Assembly (NCBI RefSeq): GCF_001194135.2
Contig: NC_068987.1
Span: 1,213,518-1,277,517, forward strand
Reading direction: 5' to 3'
Length of the DNA stretch: 64,000 nucleotides
Origin: Octopus bimaculoides
Taxonomy: Eukaryota
Shown here piece after piece: positions 1 through 13,169 of this stretch. Both the position numbers and the translations under genes were made by a program. Positions within the stretch are counted from its first letter, which is position 1. Each line of letters begins with the position of its first letter. The notes beneath the pieces are model-generated. The model searched no databases. It was not told the origin of the DNA and was given only the letters and a program-made list of their open reading frames with translations.

Positions 1-465
1 TATTCCAAACAATAATCTGCTTATTTATTTCTTGACTGTTTAATAGAAACGTGCTGAGAATATTAACCTGGATTAATATATTGTATTTGTTGACAGATAA
101 AGATCGATTGTTTAAAAACGAACTATTGATTTTTATCTAATGAGCTTGGTATTTCGTTTGATCTTATTTAACTTTTCACTTCACCCCCGCCATTGATTCA
201 ACTGTACTTAATTTTTCTCCTGTGCACTTAGTGATCTTCCTTTAACTTATATACAATTACGTCGTCTATATACAACTCTTATGTTTTATGCGCCTTCATT
301 GTTTAGCTTGCAATACGGTGTTATTTCCTGAAAAATTATTGCAATTTCTCCGACTCTGCTAGATACTGACAGCTTCCAAATATGCTCCCCTCGAAATCAC
401 GAGCAAAAAAAACAATCGATTGTACTTAGTCTGATATTTAGAGTTCTTCAATTGTTCAACTGCGT

Positions 466-960
466 TTATAAAACGATTCCGAAATATAAAAGAACTCCCA
501 CATAACAGCTCCGGAAGATGCTGCATGCATTCCTCACTGAGTCTCTAAGATGATCTTCAAACACCTCCTTGATCTTGGCCTCCAGCTCGGGCTTGTTGTT
601 GCAGGAAGAGCGGTTGGTGTCTTTGTCGACCACAGCCCAGACTTCGCAATACATAGAGTACAATCGCAAGAATTTTGAAACCGGAAGTTGCGGCTGATGA
701 AAAAGAAATTGTCCGGCAGCCACTTCTGGCATTTTGCGGAGGTATGTCAAGGAGGGCCACATATGTTCCTCCAGAATACATTTGGCCCACCAGCAGTAAA
801 CCTCCCTTGCCAGGGGTTGACCACATCTGCAGAAGCTTAATAGAGTCGTCTGAACTGAGACAAAATCTCTGTTCAAATGTGAATTCCGGCGTGCTGAGGC
901 AGTTAGAACGCTAGCGGTATCCCTTCCTTCAGGCTTTTGCTTCATAGTCTCTTGTGCAGC
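466..960 (-). mobile_element. Tc1/mariner (maT/DD37D-like) transposase remnant, C-terminal part
   Basis: Minus-strand translation gives KCILEEHMWP, KCQKWLPDNF (alternate frame) and VWAVVDKDTNRSSCNNKPELEAKIKEVFEDHLRDSVRNACSIFRS. This matches the maT-type transposase C-terminus and parallels the copy at 35.5-36.1 kb. Frameshifted and internally deleted. Confidence 0.8.
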
Positions 961-1149
961 TGTCCATATCACGTCATACATCTTTTATTGAGTTCACAGA
1001 GCATTGAGAAGTAGTCATAGTGTCGATATTTTCAGACCCGATGCAAATACAAGTAAACTTCTTCCAATATTCAGTTGGCCTCCCGTCTTCCATTTCAGCT
1101 AAATTCATCTCAACCACAACTGTAATCTTTATGTTCTCCAAAGCCGTTA

Positions 1150-1257
1150 ACTGTTCACCTTATAAATCTTCAACTTTATGCTGACATCCACAAGGCAGCT
1201 GATTTCCACAACTGTGCACAGTTTCTCTTCTCTATCCCAAATCATTAAATCAGGTCT
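1150..1257 (-). mobile_element. R4/Dong-type non-LTR retrotransposon fragment (restriction-like endonuclease active site)
   Basis: Minus strand reads RPDLMIWDREEKLCTVVEISCLVDVSIKLKIYK, the PD...E motif of REL endonucleases. Confidence 0.7.
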
Positions 1258-1999
1258 GTCTGTTTGCATGTATGTATGTATGTGTGTGTGTGTGTATGTG
1301 TGTGTATATGCATGTATGTATGTGTATATGTGTCTGTATGTATGTATGTATGTATGTATTAAAGGAATTGTTATGTTCCAAATTAATATTTTTAATTATT
1401 GTTTTCATATTTGCATACTTACCTATTAGGTTTAGTTTGGAACAATAACAATCAAAATTTTAGTAATGTTGCCACTTTTCCCAATACAGAATACACACCT
1501 GAGTTTCCTTAATCGTGGATAAATTCATGCTAAGGTTTCTTTTAGACATATCCAGCCAATATCTATCATACACATCCCTCTCCTTACTAGCATGAGATGA
1601 AAACTTCTTTTGACAGCATGTAATTGTAGCATTATCACAAACTTCAGACCGGTCAACTATGTAAATATTTCATTCCATATGTGTGTGTGTGTGTGTGTAT
1701 TTTTATATATTGTTCAACAAAAAATTTTTGTGTTCTTTAATGTTTTCACAATTCACCGTGTTGCAAATATGGTGACAGTTTTCACCTTGGAGATCTGGTT
1801 CTTCAAGATCCAGACTTCCTTTCGGTTTTCATCAACATCCATCATATGTCCATCCTGAAATAGCAGACCTTCCCTTCTACGTCCATCAAGAATACCTTGG
1901 TTCATGTTCGTTGTTTATGGAGTGAATGTTTTTTGGGGGATTGGATTGCTAGCCACATGCACAACTCTCCGGCTTTATCAACAGAACCTGGTCAGGATT

Positions 2000-2345
2000 C
2001 GCTCCTTATGGTGACAGCACTGGAGCATCTGGGTCACCAACACCGAAGCCATGCTAAGACATGCCAAAACACTCGGCATGTTCGTCGTACTCCAACAGTG
2101 CAGTCTGCCCTGGCTCGCTCACATATTTCGTATGCAGAACTGGAGGATACTAAAAGACTCATGTATGAGGAATTGGCCACCAGCACAAGAGCACGAGGAG
2201 GAACTCGTCTTCGTTTCAAGGACGTCTGCAATAGGGATATGAAATCAATAGATCTGGACGTTCTAAGATGGGACGAAATCGCAAATGATCGCCCACCCAG
2301 GAGACGAGTACTAGCCAAACTACCGAAACTTGCCAACGAAGGAAA
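2000..2345 (+). mobile_element. RTE-clade LINE ORF2 3' fragment
   Basis: Two frames give VTNTEAMLRHAKTLGMFVVLQQCSLPWLAHIFRMQNWRILKD then LMYEELATSTRARGGTRLRFKDVCNRDMKSIDLDVLRWDEIANDR. This is the typical RTE/BovB C-terminus, frameshifted. Confidence 0.85.
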
Positions 2346-3164
2346 GCGCACTATGCAAAACTGCGACTCTCATGGGGACCTTATTACCACGGTAGACAAT
2401 GCACGTCATCAGCAGTTGGCACAAACTTCTCCAGGTGCAAATCCATGGTATACATAAATGAATAAATAAATATATATATATACATATATATATATATACA
2501 TATACACACACGTATATATACATAAATACACACATGTACATTTATATATATTTTTATACCTTCTGATTCAATGCACAAAAGTGTATTAAAGTTAGGAAGT
2601 CATTTCGTCACACCTCTGCGGCCAGATCATGCGCAATCAATTCCGTTCTTTCTCTGATATTAATTCTGAAATAACTTAATTCAAATATTTATTTTCTGAT
2701 CAATTGGATATTTAGCTACACTTGTATTTTCTATTTAAAATTGTCTTTTGATATATATTGGAACAATCTATTTCGAAATACTTAACATATGAATTAATCG
2801 TAAATTTTATTTGTTTTTATATACATATTTTTATAATAAATCAAATGTCTCCTTGATGTATGTTTTTGTTTTTGTTTGTGAGCAGAAACTACTAAAACAC
2901 AATTATTATTTGTAAGATTAGCAGAGACATTTTGAAAAAATAGCGAAGGAAATGATATAATTTTATTATTATTTTTATCCATAATGAAATAATATAATAA
3001 TATAATAATATACAGACACTGAATTAGAGTGAATATAAGACAAACATAAAAAATAACAATTTGACGAGAAAATATTGTAAATATGTATTCTTAACGACAA
3101 CAGAAATAACTAAATGTCGAATGTTGATACACCCATAGACACATATGTACGTCTATAGGTGTGT

Positions 3165-3212
3165 ATAATATATATATATATATATATATATAATAATGTG
3201 TGTATGTGTCTG

Positions 3213-3244
<32 letters not shown>

Positions 3245-3337
3245 ATAATGTGTGTATGTGTCTGTGTGTGCATATATATATATATGTATATATATACACA
3301 CTTGCAGATATGCACATATGTGTGTGAGGGTATGAGC

Positions 3338-3369
<32 letters not shown>

Positions 3370-3658
3370 TAGCGTGGGGAAAGAGAGAGAAAGTGACTGG
3401 TGGAGATAGAAATTTGATAAATATTTTAAAAATATAAATTGAAAAGATGGCGATGAAACTTGACATTGCAAACTTGATGGAAGAAAATTCAACAAACTTT
3501 TTATTCATTTACACACACACGCGTGCATGTACGCACACACACACACAGACACACACACAGACACACACACACATGCACATACATACACACATACGCATTC
3601 ACGCCCACAAACACAACGCACGCACACGTACACACATATATGCAAAAGTATATACAAG

Positions 3659-3698
<40 letters not shown>

Positions 3699-3741
3699 GA
3701 TGTATATATATATATATATACATAATCACTTATGTATATAT

Positions 3742-3797
<56 letters not shown>

Positions 3798-3905
3798 GAT
3801 GTATATATATATATACATAATCACTTATGTATATATACACTCATATATATATACATATATACACACATATATATATGTACGTATGCATGAGCGTGTATGT
3901 GCATG
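3165..3905. repeat. Compound (TA)n/(CA)n/(GA)n microsatellite field with local tandem duplications
   Basis: Direct reading. TAATAATGTGTGTATGTGTCTGTGTGTGC occurs twice, and TACACGATG...CATAATCACTTATG occurs twice. Confidence 0.9.
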
Positions 3906-4443
3906 TATGTATATGAATATGTATGGTATACCAAGTGACTGAAGTACAGAGACAGGTTCAGTTAATTCTTGTGGGATTAATGTATATATGCAAGGTATTA
4001 ACAGGCTATTTTAGTTCATGTTCTTGTAAAGAAGACGCTGATACTTAATTATAGATGTTCTTTCCCAAGATACTTATTTGCTATTCTCATTCCTCATTTA
4101 GCATTTAAAGAAGCTTATGAATATTCTCAAATCTCAGATAAATTTATGTTAAAACTTTCAAATTCTATTTTATATTCTCTTTGCAAGCTTATGGTTCAGT
4201 TCAAGTTTTTTTTTTATTTTTCAAAAGATGAAATCTGAGAAATACAAGCATTACAGGAAATTCTAAAGTCGATGCCATACAGTTGTAAAGAAAAGAATAC
4301 GACAGCATTAGCAATATATTCTGGCATTTGGAAATATATCGCTTGTAAAGATATACATTCCCAAATGCATAGACACATCCACGCAGGCAGTGACAAACAG
4401 AAATACAAACACACATATCTACCTGGGAAGCAACGAACGAATG

Positions 4444-4650
4444 TTCTTTTCTACTCTAGGCACAAGGCCCGAAATATTTGGAGAGAGGGCCTGTCGATTA
4501 GATCGATCCCAGTAAGCAACTGATACTTAATTTTTCGACCCCGAAAGGATGAATGGCAAAGTCGACCTCGGCGAAATTTGAACTCAGAACATAGACAGAC
4601 GAAATACCGCTAAGCATTTTGGTCGGCTTGCTAACGTTTCTGCCAGCTCA
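4444..4650 (-). mobile_element. tRNA-headed SINE, family A
   Basis: Reverse complement shows GAGCTGGCAGAAACGTTAG, B-box GAGTTCAAAT, GTCGACTTTGCC.TTCATCCTTTCGGGGTCGA and tail GGCCTTGTGCCTAGAGTAGAAA. Shared with at least 8 other loci in the window. Confidence 0.85.
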
Positions 4651-4906
4651 CTAAGTTACGGGGACATAGATACACCAACATCGGTTGTCAAGCGATGGTG
4701 TGGTGGGGACAAGCACACGCACAAACACAATATATATATATACACATATACGACGGGCTTCTTTTAGTTTTCTTCTACCAAATTCACTAACAAGGCTTTG
4801 ATCCGCTCAACGCTATAGTAGAAGACGCTTGTCGAGGGTGCCACGCAGTGGGACTGAACCCAGAACCATGCGGCAGGCAAGCAAGCTTCTTGATACACAG
4901 CCACGC
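4651..4906 (-). mobile_element. tRNA-headed SINE, family C (5' two-thirds)
   Basis: Reverse complement shows GCGTGGCTGTG, GGTTCAGTCCCACTGCGTGGCAC, GAAGCCCGTCG and CGCTTGACAACCGATG; colinear with 54991-55360. Confidence 0.85.
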
Positions 4907-5606
4907 ATACGTCTATTCTGACTATACTATAAGGTTATTAAAAATGTGTTCCATGAGTAGCGTATGTCGCAAATGATTTAAACGATCTTTCGTAAACCCC
5001 ACCGAAGATATAATCTCGCATAATATTCTATCTAAGAATATGTGACTACTGTACGATTATCGCTTGGACACTCTCATAACTAATACTTGTATAGCAGGAC
5101 CTGAATCTAGAGTCTCACCATACGAAGAACATGAGCTGCCCTCCTACGGTGTGAGCGACGCGTCTAATACACACGCACGCGCATGCACACACAAACACAC
5201 ACAAACAAGCAAAGACACATGCACACATACATATAATCACTTGGATTTATATATATCACTAAGACATTTGTCTTCTAATGCAAATAATTTAAGTAAACTG
5301 AATGTTGTTTCTGGCATAGGGTAGGTTATTTCTTTTTACGTTAACAACGAATTTCTGAGGAATCAAGTAATCGCGAGCAATTGCTGGATTATGTGGCCGA
5401 TTGCATTCCATAGTTAAGTCTTCCATAAAAACATCTGCGCAGAATATTATTATTGATTAATCTCTTGCCTTGGTTCACTCACGTCACGATGTCCTCACCT
5501 GTTATCTCAATAGTAACGGATCGTACATGTTGTCATATCAGGTTCAATTCTATTCTTCAAATCCTGCCAAAGATAAGAACGGTTAGAGTCGAGACGGCTG
5601 ACTGTG

Positions 5607-5657
<51 letters not shown>

Positions 5658-6484
5658 ACTATTTTATAGGTGTATGTAATCTTCCAAAAGGACTTAGATC
5701 TCTTTTACTTAAAAGGTTCGTAAAATCCTTGTGACGTCAGCAATACACACACACATACATACACCCACACACATACTACAAACACACATAAACACATATA
5801 TGTATGTATGTATGTATGTGCATAAATAACAGATCGAAATTGGTTCATTCACTACAGCGGTTTCAGACTAGTTTTTTTTAATTGATGAATAGAGATATTA
5901 CATCATGTGGAAAACCCGTTTCTTCAGGTGAATATATACGAATTAAACATCTTAAAAATAGACTTTCCAAGAACGAACACTGTGTCACTTTATGGCTGAA
6001 GCTAGCCAAGAGTCTTGAAGTAGCACATAATGTTGATTCTTGGAATGTTTTTTTAAGATGTTTAATTCATAAAAATTCACGTGAAGAATCTTTTCCCATG
6101 ATGTAATAGCTCTACCCATCATTAAAAACTCATTTGAAACAGCTGTAGGGAATGAGCAAATTTCCATCCGTTGTTATTTATTTATTTATTTATTACTCAC
6201 CTTACTCGAAGCTTGCAATTAGATTGGATCTGAAGTCTATTCAGCACAGTGTGTGCTCCTAGGTACAGCTTTGAGACTCGTGGTATATTGAGGCGGGCGC
6301 TTGTGGTTATACATGCAACAGCAATTTTAGGCCGTTTTTACTTCGAAATGTACGAGTAAGTTCCGCTCATTTTGTTTTGTAAACGATATATATTTCCTTG
6401 ACCAGAACTTGGTGCTTTTCTATTTAAGTACCTGATTCACTTGAATCCTGGACCCTTACAAATGTATATATGTATGTATGTGAA

Positions 6485-6789
6485 GGCGCGTGGCTCAGTG
6501 GTTAGGGTATTTGGATCATGATCGTAAGGTTGTGAGTTCAATTCGCGGCGACGCGTTGTGTCCTTGAGCAAGACACTTTATTTCACGTTGCTCCAGTCCA
6601 AAAATGAGTAGTACTCGTAATTGAAAGGGCCAGCCTTGTCACACTGTTACGCTGAATCTCCATGAGAACTACTTTTAGGGTACATGTGTCTGTGGAGTGC
6701 TCAGCCACTTGCGCATTAATTTCACGAGCTGACTGTTCCATAGATCGGATCAACTGGGACCCTCGTCGTCGTAACCGACGGAGTGCTCC
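6485..6789 (+). mobile_element. tRNA-headed CORE-like SINE, family D, full length
   Basis: A-box TGGCTCAGTGG, B-box GAGTTCAATTC, CORE-like TGTGTCCTTGAGCAAGACACTT and tail CGTCGTCGTAACCGACGGAGTGCTCC. Other copies at 42162 and 51789. Confidence 0.88.
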
Positions 6790-7019
6790 TATGTATGTAC
6801 GTATGTATGTATGTATGTATGTACAGAGTATGTGTATATAGAGTTACAGTAATATATGCCGACAAAGGGCTTTTTAAATCAAAATTATATTAGATATCTG
6901 ATATAGATTAATAAAATGAGTTCTAGAACAAAATAAGATTGCAGATTGATAAAATCCATTAAAATCACTGAAGACTGTGCTCCAGCATGACCTGTAACAA
7001 ACGAGTCATGCATATGTAT

Positions 7020-7130
7020 GTATGTATCTATCTATATGTATGTATGCATGTATCTATCTATCTGTCTATCTATCTATCTGTCTATCTATCTATCTTTCTA
7101 TCTATCTATCTATCTCTCTATCTAATATAT
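7020..7130. repeat. (TATC)n/GATA-type microsatellite
   Basis: Direct reading; runs into an N gap. Confidence 0.9.
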
Positions 7131-7780
7131 NNNNNNNNNNNNNNNNNNNNNNNNNNNNNNNNNNNNNNNNNNNNNNNNNNNNNNNNNNNNNNNNNNNNNN
7201 NNNNNNNNNNNNNNNNNNNNNNNNNNNNNNNNNNNNNNNNNNNNNNNNNNNNNNNNNNNNNNNNNNNNNNNNNNNNNNNNNNNNNNNNNNNNNNNNNNNN
7301 NNNNNNNNNNNNNNNNNNNNNNNNNNNNNNNNNNNNNGCATATGCGTATGTCAATATACATGTGTCTATGTAGAAATGTAGGACATTGCATATATGTATA
7401 TGTGTGTATATGTTTATGTGTGTGTGAAAGAGAGATGGCTTGAGTTTCGAAGTCAGTGAGGTTGAAGAATTGGACATCATTCGGAAATATAAAAATAAGA
7501 ATAATAATGAACACATAAAAATCACAGAGACTTGTGATTTTAGATCTAAGGATATTTACATAGAGCATATCTTCGATCTGTGAATATTGATATCTGAGTA
7601 ATACTGTGAATTTGAACATTCTTTAGATGGAACCGACAATTATACATAGATATGGCTTGGTAGCTGTACGTATTAACCATTACACACTCCTCTCTCTCCT
7701 TCTCTCTCTCTCTCTCACTATATATATGTATATATATATATAAATTCATACATGCATATATATAACTATGTTTATTTACA

Positions 7781-7813
<33 letters not shown>

Positions 7814-7930
7814 NNNNNNNNNNNNNNNNNNNNNNNNNNNNNNNNNNNNNNNNNNNNNNNNNNNNNNNNNNNNNNNNNNNNNNNNNNNNNNNNNNNNNNN
7901 NNNNNNNNNNNNNNNNNNNNNNNNNNNNNN

Positions 7931-7977
<47 letters not shown>

Positions 7978-8442
7978 TCCCACACACAAAAAAGAATGTA
8001 CGCACCTAACGCTGATAACTTGTATCTGTGTGAGTGCGTGTATGGAAGTGTTAAAAAAATTATATTTGTACAACGCTGCAACATTACTATTTTAAGAATT
8101 AAAAAAAAAAAATTATTTATATACAATTATTTTTTCTTAAGGATAGTTATGTATTCAGTATACTGAGCGGACGTGTGTGTGTGTATGTCTGATGCGATGT
8201 GTGTATATGCGCATATATGTTTGTGTATGTAGAATATTCAAATTTTCAGTAAAAATATTTGAGATATATATTCTTACATATGCAGAAGAATAGAAAGAAG
8301 TAACTGAAAGAAATATGCTTGCATTACTCTCCCGTTTCGCTACCCTTTTCTTCTCCATATGTTCTCCCTCTCTCTATCTCGCCCTCTTTGTCTGTCTGTG
8401 AACATATGCTTGTATACATATACGTACGCAAACGCACATGTG

Positions 8443-8492
<50 letters not shown>

Positions 8493-8670
8493 TATATGTC
8501 TGTGAGTGGGTGTGTGTGTGTGTGTGTGTATAAATATTAATGTTTATTCTTATGTTCAGTTATAAAAAAAAGATATTAATCCGATAGGTTGCTTTATACT
8601 ATTGTTAGAGTGCAAATATGTTATTCTGAAACTTCGAAGTTACTGTCAGTTGTATACTTGTTTAAGAATA

Positions 8671-8702
<32 letters not shown>

Positions 8703-10018
8703 ATGTATGTGCATGCGCGATGATATGTGTGGCATCGTTATACTGACATACCCACATACACACACACACTCATACATACATACATACATACATACACACT
8801 CATCAAAATTTCTGTCAAGTGTAAAACATAACTTGCCGGCCATACTGGTTTGGTCCAGATATGATAAGTATGTATCGCTGTCGAGGTCAGCTCGAAATCA
8901 TTGAAGCAGACGATAACTATGGCTAATAGCTTCCAAACCACCGGCTTCTATATCAAGTTTAGAAATTCATATTGCTGGAGGCAAGCGAAGTCACAGCCGT
9001 TACATCAGAATTTTCCTTCTGGAGAATTAGGGGCCTATGACTTCCTGCTGTTGAGGGACGGCCGTTGACTCTGCTGAGTAAAGATACTAAAGAAATACCG
9101 CTTCACATTGTGACCGACCCTCATGATTCTGCTAGTTCACTGCTGTAACCAGGTGCACGATAATGCAAGAAGAATCTAGTCCTTGTGATCGACGCACCGG
9201 TGTACCTATCGCGGACATAAACGGAGAATCTATTTGTCTGATTCACGGAACGACTGTGAAAACTGCACCGGTAAATTGACGAATTGGGAATACAAATTGA
9301 CCAACTTTTGTAACAGACCGCAATGATTGCCTGTTGGTTCAATCAATGGGTCATCACTATAAATGTCTTTGATATTTTCATCCCTTTATTATTCACTCTC
9401 GTTGGACGGTCACTGGTTCTTTAATAAGTCATAGCCATTACTTGACCAAACCAAAGAAAATGATGAATTCGTAAAAGAATACACCTTGTTCTAATCTCTA
9501 GGCTTTATGTTTCCATTTCTGAAGAACTCATTCTTTGGTCTCACAACTCTTTCATTTGCGAAGATTACTTTTGTTCATCGCAAGAATCCCCGCATTGTTG
9601 TCATATTTGGTCTTGGAGAAAGCATTTAGTTCGGTGTAATATAATTTCACAAAATATGACTTACTTGCTTATTGTTAAGACTTGCTGCTGGGCCAGTTCT
9701 CTAAGTATCAGTTCTATTGTATCTATATATATCTATCAATCAGTCAATTTAGATGTATATAATCATTGATGTATAAAGCAGCACCCCCCTCCTCACAGTG
9801 TGTTTACTTGTCGGCTGACCAATCAATACACTCGCTTATTCGTTTAACCAAATTACTTTCTACAGCGACATCACTTACACCTCTCCAGGTATGTAATATT
9901 CTCTAAGCATTTTCTCCCTCTAATTCAACTCCCTCTCACCACACACACACACGCACACATCAATGAATGTATGTACGAATGTGTTTGTACATATGTGGTA
10001 TGTCTCTCTCTCTCTCTG

Positions 10019-10051
<33 letters not shown>

Positions 10052-10301
10052 GTGAGAGATAGATATATACATAGATATATGTACACACACACACATATAT
10101 ACATATAGATAGGTAGATACAGATATATGTACATATATTTACACACACACACGCATACAGATATAAAAAATATATGCAATGCACTTTAATAGTTATTTAA
10201 CTTCGTATTATAATAGTTTGGTTCAAATCCACATTACTTAAAATATCGTGGCCGCACAAATCGTACACATAATCACACGCGGTCAGTATTCATATCTAGC
10301 A

Positions 10302-10387
<86 letters not shown>

Positions 10388-10394
10388 GTGTATA

Positions 10395-11446
10395 TTAGGT
10401 TGTTTCAAACGAAATGTCGTATTATTTATTCCTTGTTATTTCAGTATATTTCAGTATACCGTTACCATTTAATCTTGGCTCTTTTTCTTTCCCAACAATA
10501 TTGGTATACAAAATTCGTACCCACAGACCTTATGAAAATGATAACAACCAGACTGTGTTGAGTGATTTTCTCATATGAGTACAAATTGTGTCACTCTGCC
10601 ACAGAAGCTCTACGGAATATCAAGTGGGCCTTGGATAATGCTTTGTTTTGACATCAGAACTATTGAACCAAGGAGGAGGCCAAAATCAGTTACTCGGCAT
10701 GATGGATTAAATGCTTTGGTTGCACAAAATCCGAAAACTACGGTCGGAAAACTTTCAAAATTCCAAACATCTCGTGTAACTGATTCTCGACACCTGAAAA
10801 AAATTGGAAAAGTCAAGAAAATGGATAGGCTTGTTTCACATCAACTGAACGAGATTCCAAAAACAGGCGCGTCGAAGTGTTCTCTTTATTGCTTTCTCGA
10901 CTGGAAAAAATCTATTTTTGCATCAAATCGTTAGATGTGTTGAAAAATGAATACTCTTTGACAACAACAGGAGAGCAAGACAGTGGTCAGATGCTGGAGA
11001 GTCGTCTGAACCCTACCCAAAACCACCATTGCTCCCTGAAAAGCTAGTGGTCAGTGTATGGTGGTCTGTGAAGGGAGATATTCATTATTCATTCTTGCAA
11101 CAAGGAACAACGGTAACAAGACATTGATTGTATGCCTGACAATTTGAAAAAGAAGCCACTAAGACTAGTGAATAGAGATGGCCCAATTTTGCCCCACGAC
11201 AATACACGTCCTCACACATCTCAAGCTATGATCTAAAAGTTGCAAAGCCTGAATTATGAGATTTTGCAACATCCTCCCTATTCCCCTGATATCTCTTCTA
11301 CTGATTATTACTTATTTAAGCATTTTGAGCTTTTCATACGCAATAAAACATTCTTAAATAGAGGAGTAGTAATGGAAGCATTCGGACAGATCATCATCAC
11401 AAACGATAAGAATTTTAAGATGGCATATATGACTTAGAGAAACGTT
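10395..11446 (+). mobile_element. Mariner DD34D transposon remnant (Hsmar1/cecropia-like), 3' end truncated
   Basis: TA then TTAGGTTG left-TIR start. Peptides RHLKKIGKVKKMDRLVSHQLNE, IVRCVEK*ILFDN, VVSVWWSVKG and HDNTRPH...HPPYSPDISSTDY, with 34 residues between the last two Asp. Stops and frameshifts present; no right TIR seen. Confidence 0.92.
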
Positions 11447-11448
11447 CA

Positions 11449-11905
11449 ATGCTAAGTTTCAAACACACTGCTATCGGCTCACAGATACTACAATTGGAAT
11501 ACATAGAAGCAGGGAAGAGTAATGCATTCTCAGAGTTAGAAGCGGTGCGTGGCCTGGGAATCCACAAGTGTAGTGATGCAATATTTGATGTGCGAGTAGC
11601 TGGATGGATCCTGAGATCATACAGAACCAGGAAAACAGGATACTATGTTACTCTTAAGGAGACCATTTTCCTCAGTTGCCTGGATTACTGTCCCCAACTG
11701 TGGTCGCCGCTGGGCGTCAAACTAGAAACGGAACTTGAGACAACCCAGCGCCAATACACAAAGAAGATTGGCTTGGTGAAACAGATGAGCTACTGGGAGA
11801 AGTTACAAGATCTGAGGCTCTACTCCCTGGAGAGAAAGCAAGAAAGGTATGCAGTGATATACATATGGAAGATCCTTGAAAGCTGAGCTCCAAAATTTGG
11901 AATTA
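11449..11905 (+). mobile_element. CR1-group LINE ORF2 3' fragment
   Basis: GWILRSYRTR...LDYCPQLWSP...ELETTQRQYTKKI...SYWEKLQDLRLYSLERKQERYAVIYIWKILE matches the CR1-type RT C-terminal (thumb) region. Confidence 0.85.
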
Positions 11906-12039
11906 AACTAGACGGGATTGCATAATACTAAAGAACCCATATATAGATGTATATACACATGTATATAGATATACGAGCACGAGTACACGTATACATATAT
12001 TTTTATTCCCTTATTATTTTTATTCCCTTTAAACTTCCT

Positions 12040-12230
12040 ATATCTCTCCTTTTTCAAAAGAACTTCTTATGTTGAACTCTACTGTTTCCCTCTAATTAAA
12101 TCTTTCCTATCGACTCTGATGAAGGGATATCCCTCATCTCCCAGAAACAACTGTAAGACTACCTCTCTCTTTATAAATGTCTTAGAAATTTCACACTGCG
12201 TTGGCTTTGTTGTCTCATTTTATTTAACAC
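12040..12230 (+). mobile_element. Probable Penelope-like element terminal repeat with degenerate hammerhead motif
   Basis: CTGATGA-A-GGGA...TCCC-A-GAAAC-AACT-GTA at 12116-12155 has the minimal type I hammerhead layout known from PLE termini. Confidence 0.5.
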
Positions 12231-12249
12231 ACACATACACATTTGTATG

Positions 12250-12296
<47 letters not shown>

Positions 12297-13028
12297 ATTA
12301 TTATTATTATCAAACGCATATTTACATGAATATATAACTATACATGCACATACCTGTCTCTATACATACATGTAGTTTTCACATGACATAGATCTCTGTT
12401 AATGTTGGCGACTTTAATCTAACCATAAAATTGTGGCACTACTGCTACAATGTACTGAAATTTTAACCTCAATGCATGTTGATTTTATTATTATTATCAT
12501 TATTATTAATATTATCATCATCATAAACGTTACATTCATCATCAAATTGCCTCTAAAGTTGGGTTAGATATTAGATATTCTGCTTCTGGGCAATTAACCT
12601 GTTTTCTCTAAGTTCATTAAAGAAAAGAATATTGTCAGTAACAATTACTGTCAATTCGATATAGTTTGATTAAATGATCACAATTTTTCTTTGTAAGAAT
12701 GATGCAATATATGTTAATGGGGCTCGGTTGAAGAATTTGTAATGAAAAGATTTCTGTAGTGAGATGCAGTTTCGTTAAATCCGGTTCCATTCTGGAAAAT
12801 GGTAAGGTTGTAATTCTATTGATCTAATTCGTAAAAACGCTTCCTAATCTGAGTCGGAGCGTAATTATGTATACACCCAGAGGTACACACAAACACTCAC
12901 ACAAACCCACCCAGACAGGTATAGTAAAACAAAAAACACCCAGATATGAACACAATTTCACACAATTCTTCGGGCTGATGGGAACTGTTACCACTAGTAT
13001 CTCTTCTTTCTACATCCAAATATGTATA

Positions 13029-13066
<38 letters not shown>

Positions 13067-13135
13067 ACATAGATGTATGTATATATGTGTTATCCATCCA
13101 TCCATCCATCTCTCCCATTCTATCTATTTATCTAA

Positions 13136-13169
<34 letters not shown>

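Noticed and set aside
5499-5563. Minus-strand segment with good acceptor (TCTTTGGCAG) and donor (CAG|GTGAGG)
   Set aside because: Stops in all three frames; splice-like pairs arise by chance, and it cannot be supported without RNA data.
6485-6560. tRNA-like A/B boxes here and at ~36800-36868
   Set aside because: They continue into SINE bodies or are degenerate and do not close a cloverleaf; these are SINE heads, not tRNA genes.
8860-9340. GC-richer unique stretch that might be an exon
   Set aside because: The frames I translated give only short, unrecognisable peptides; probably an old TE remnant, but unassignable.
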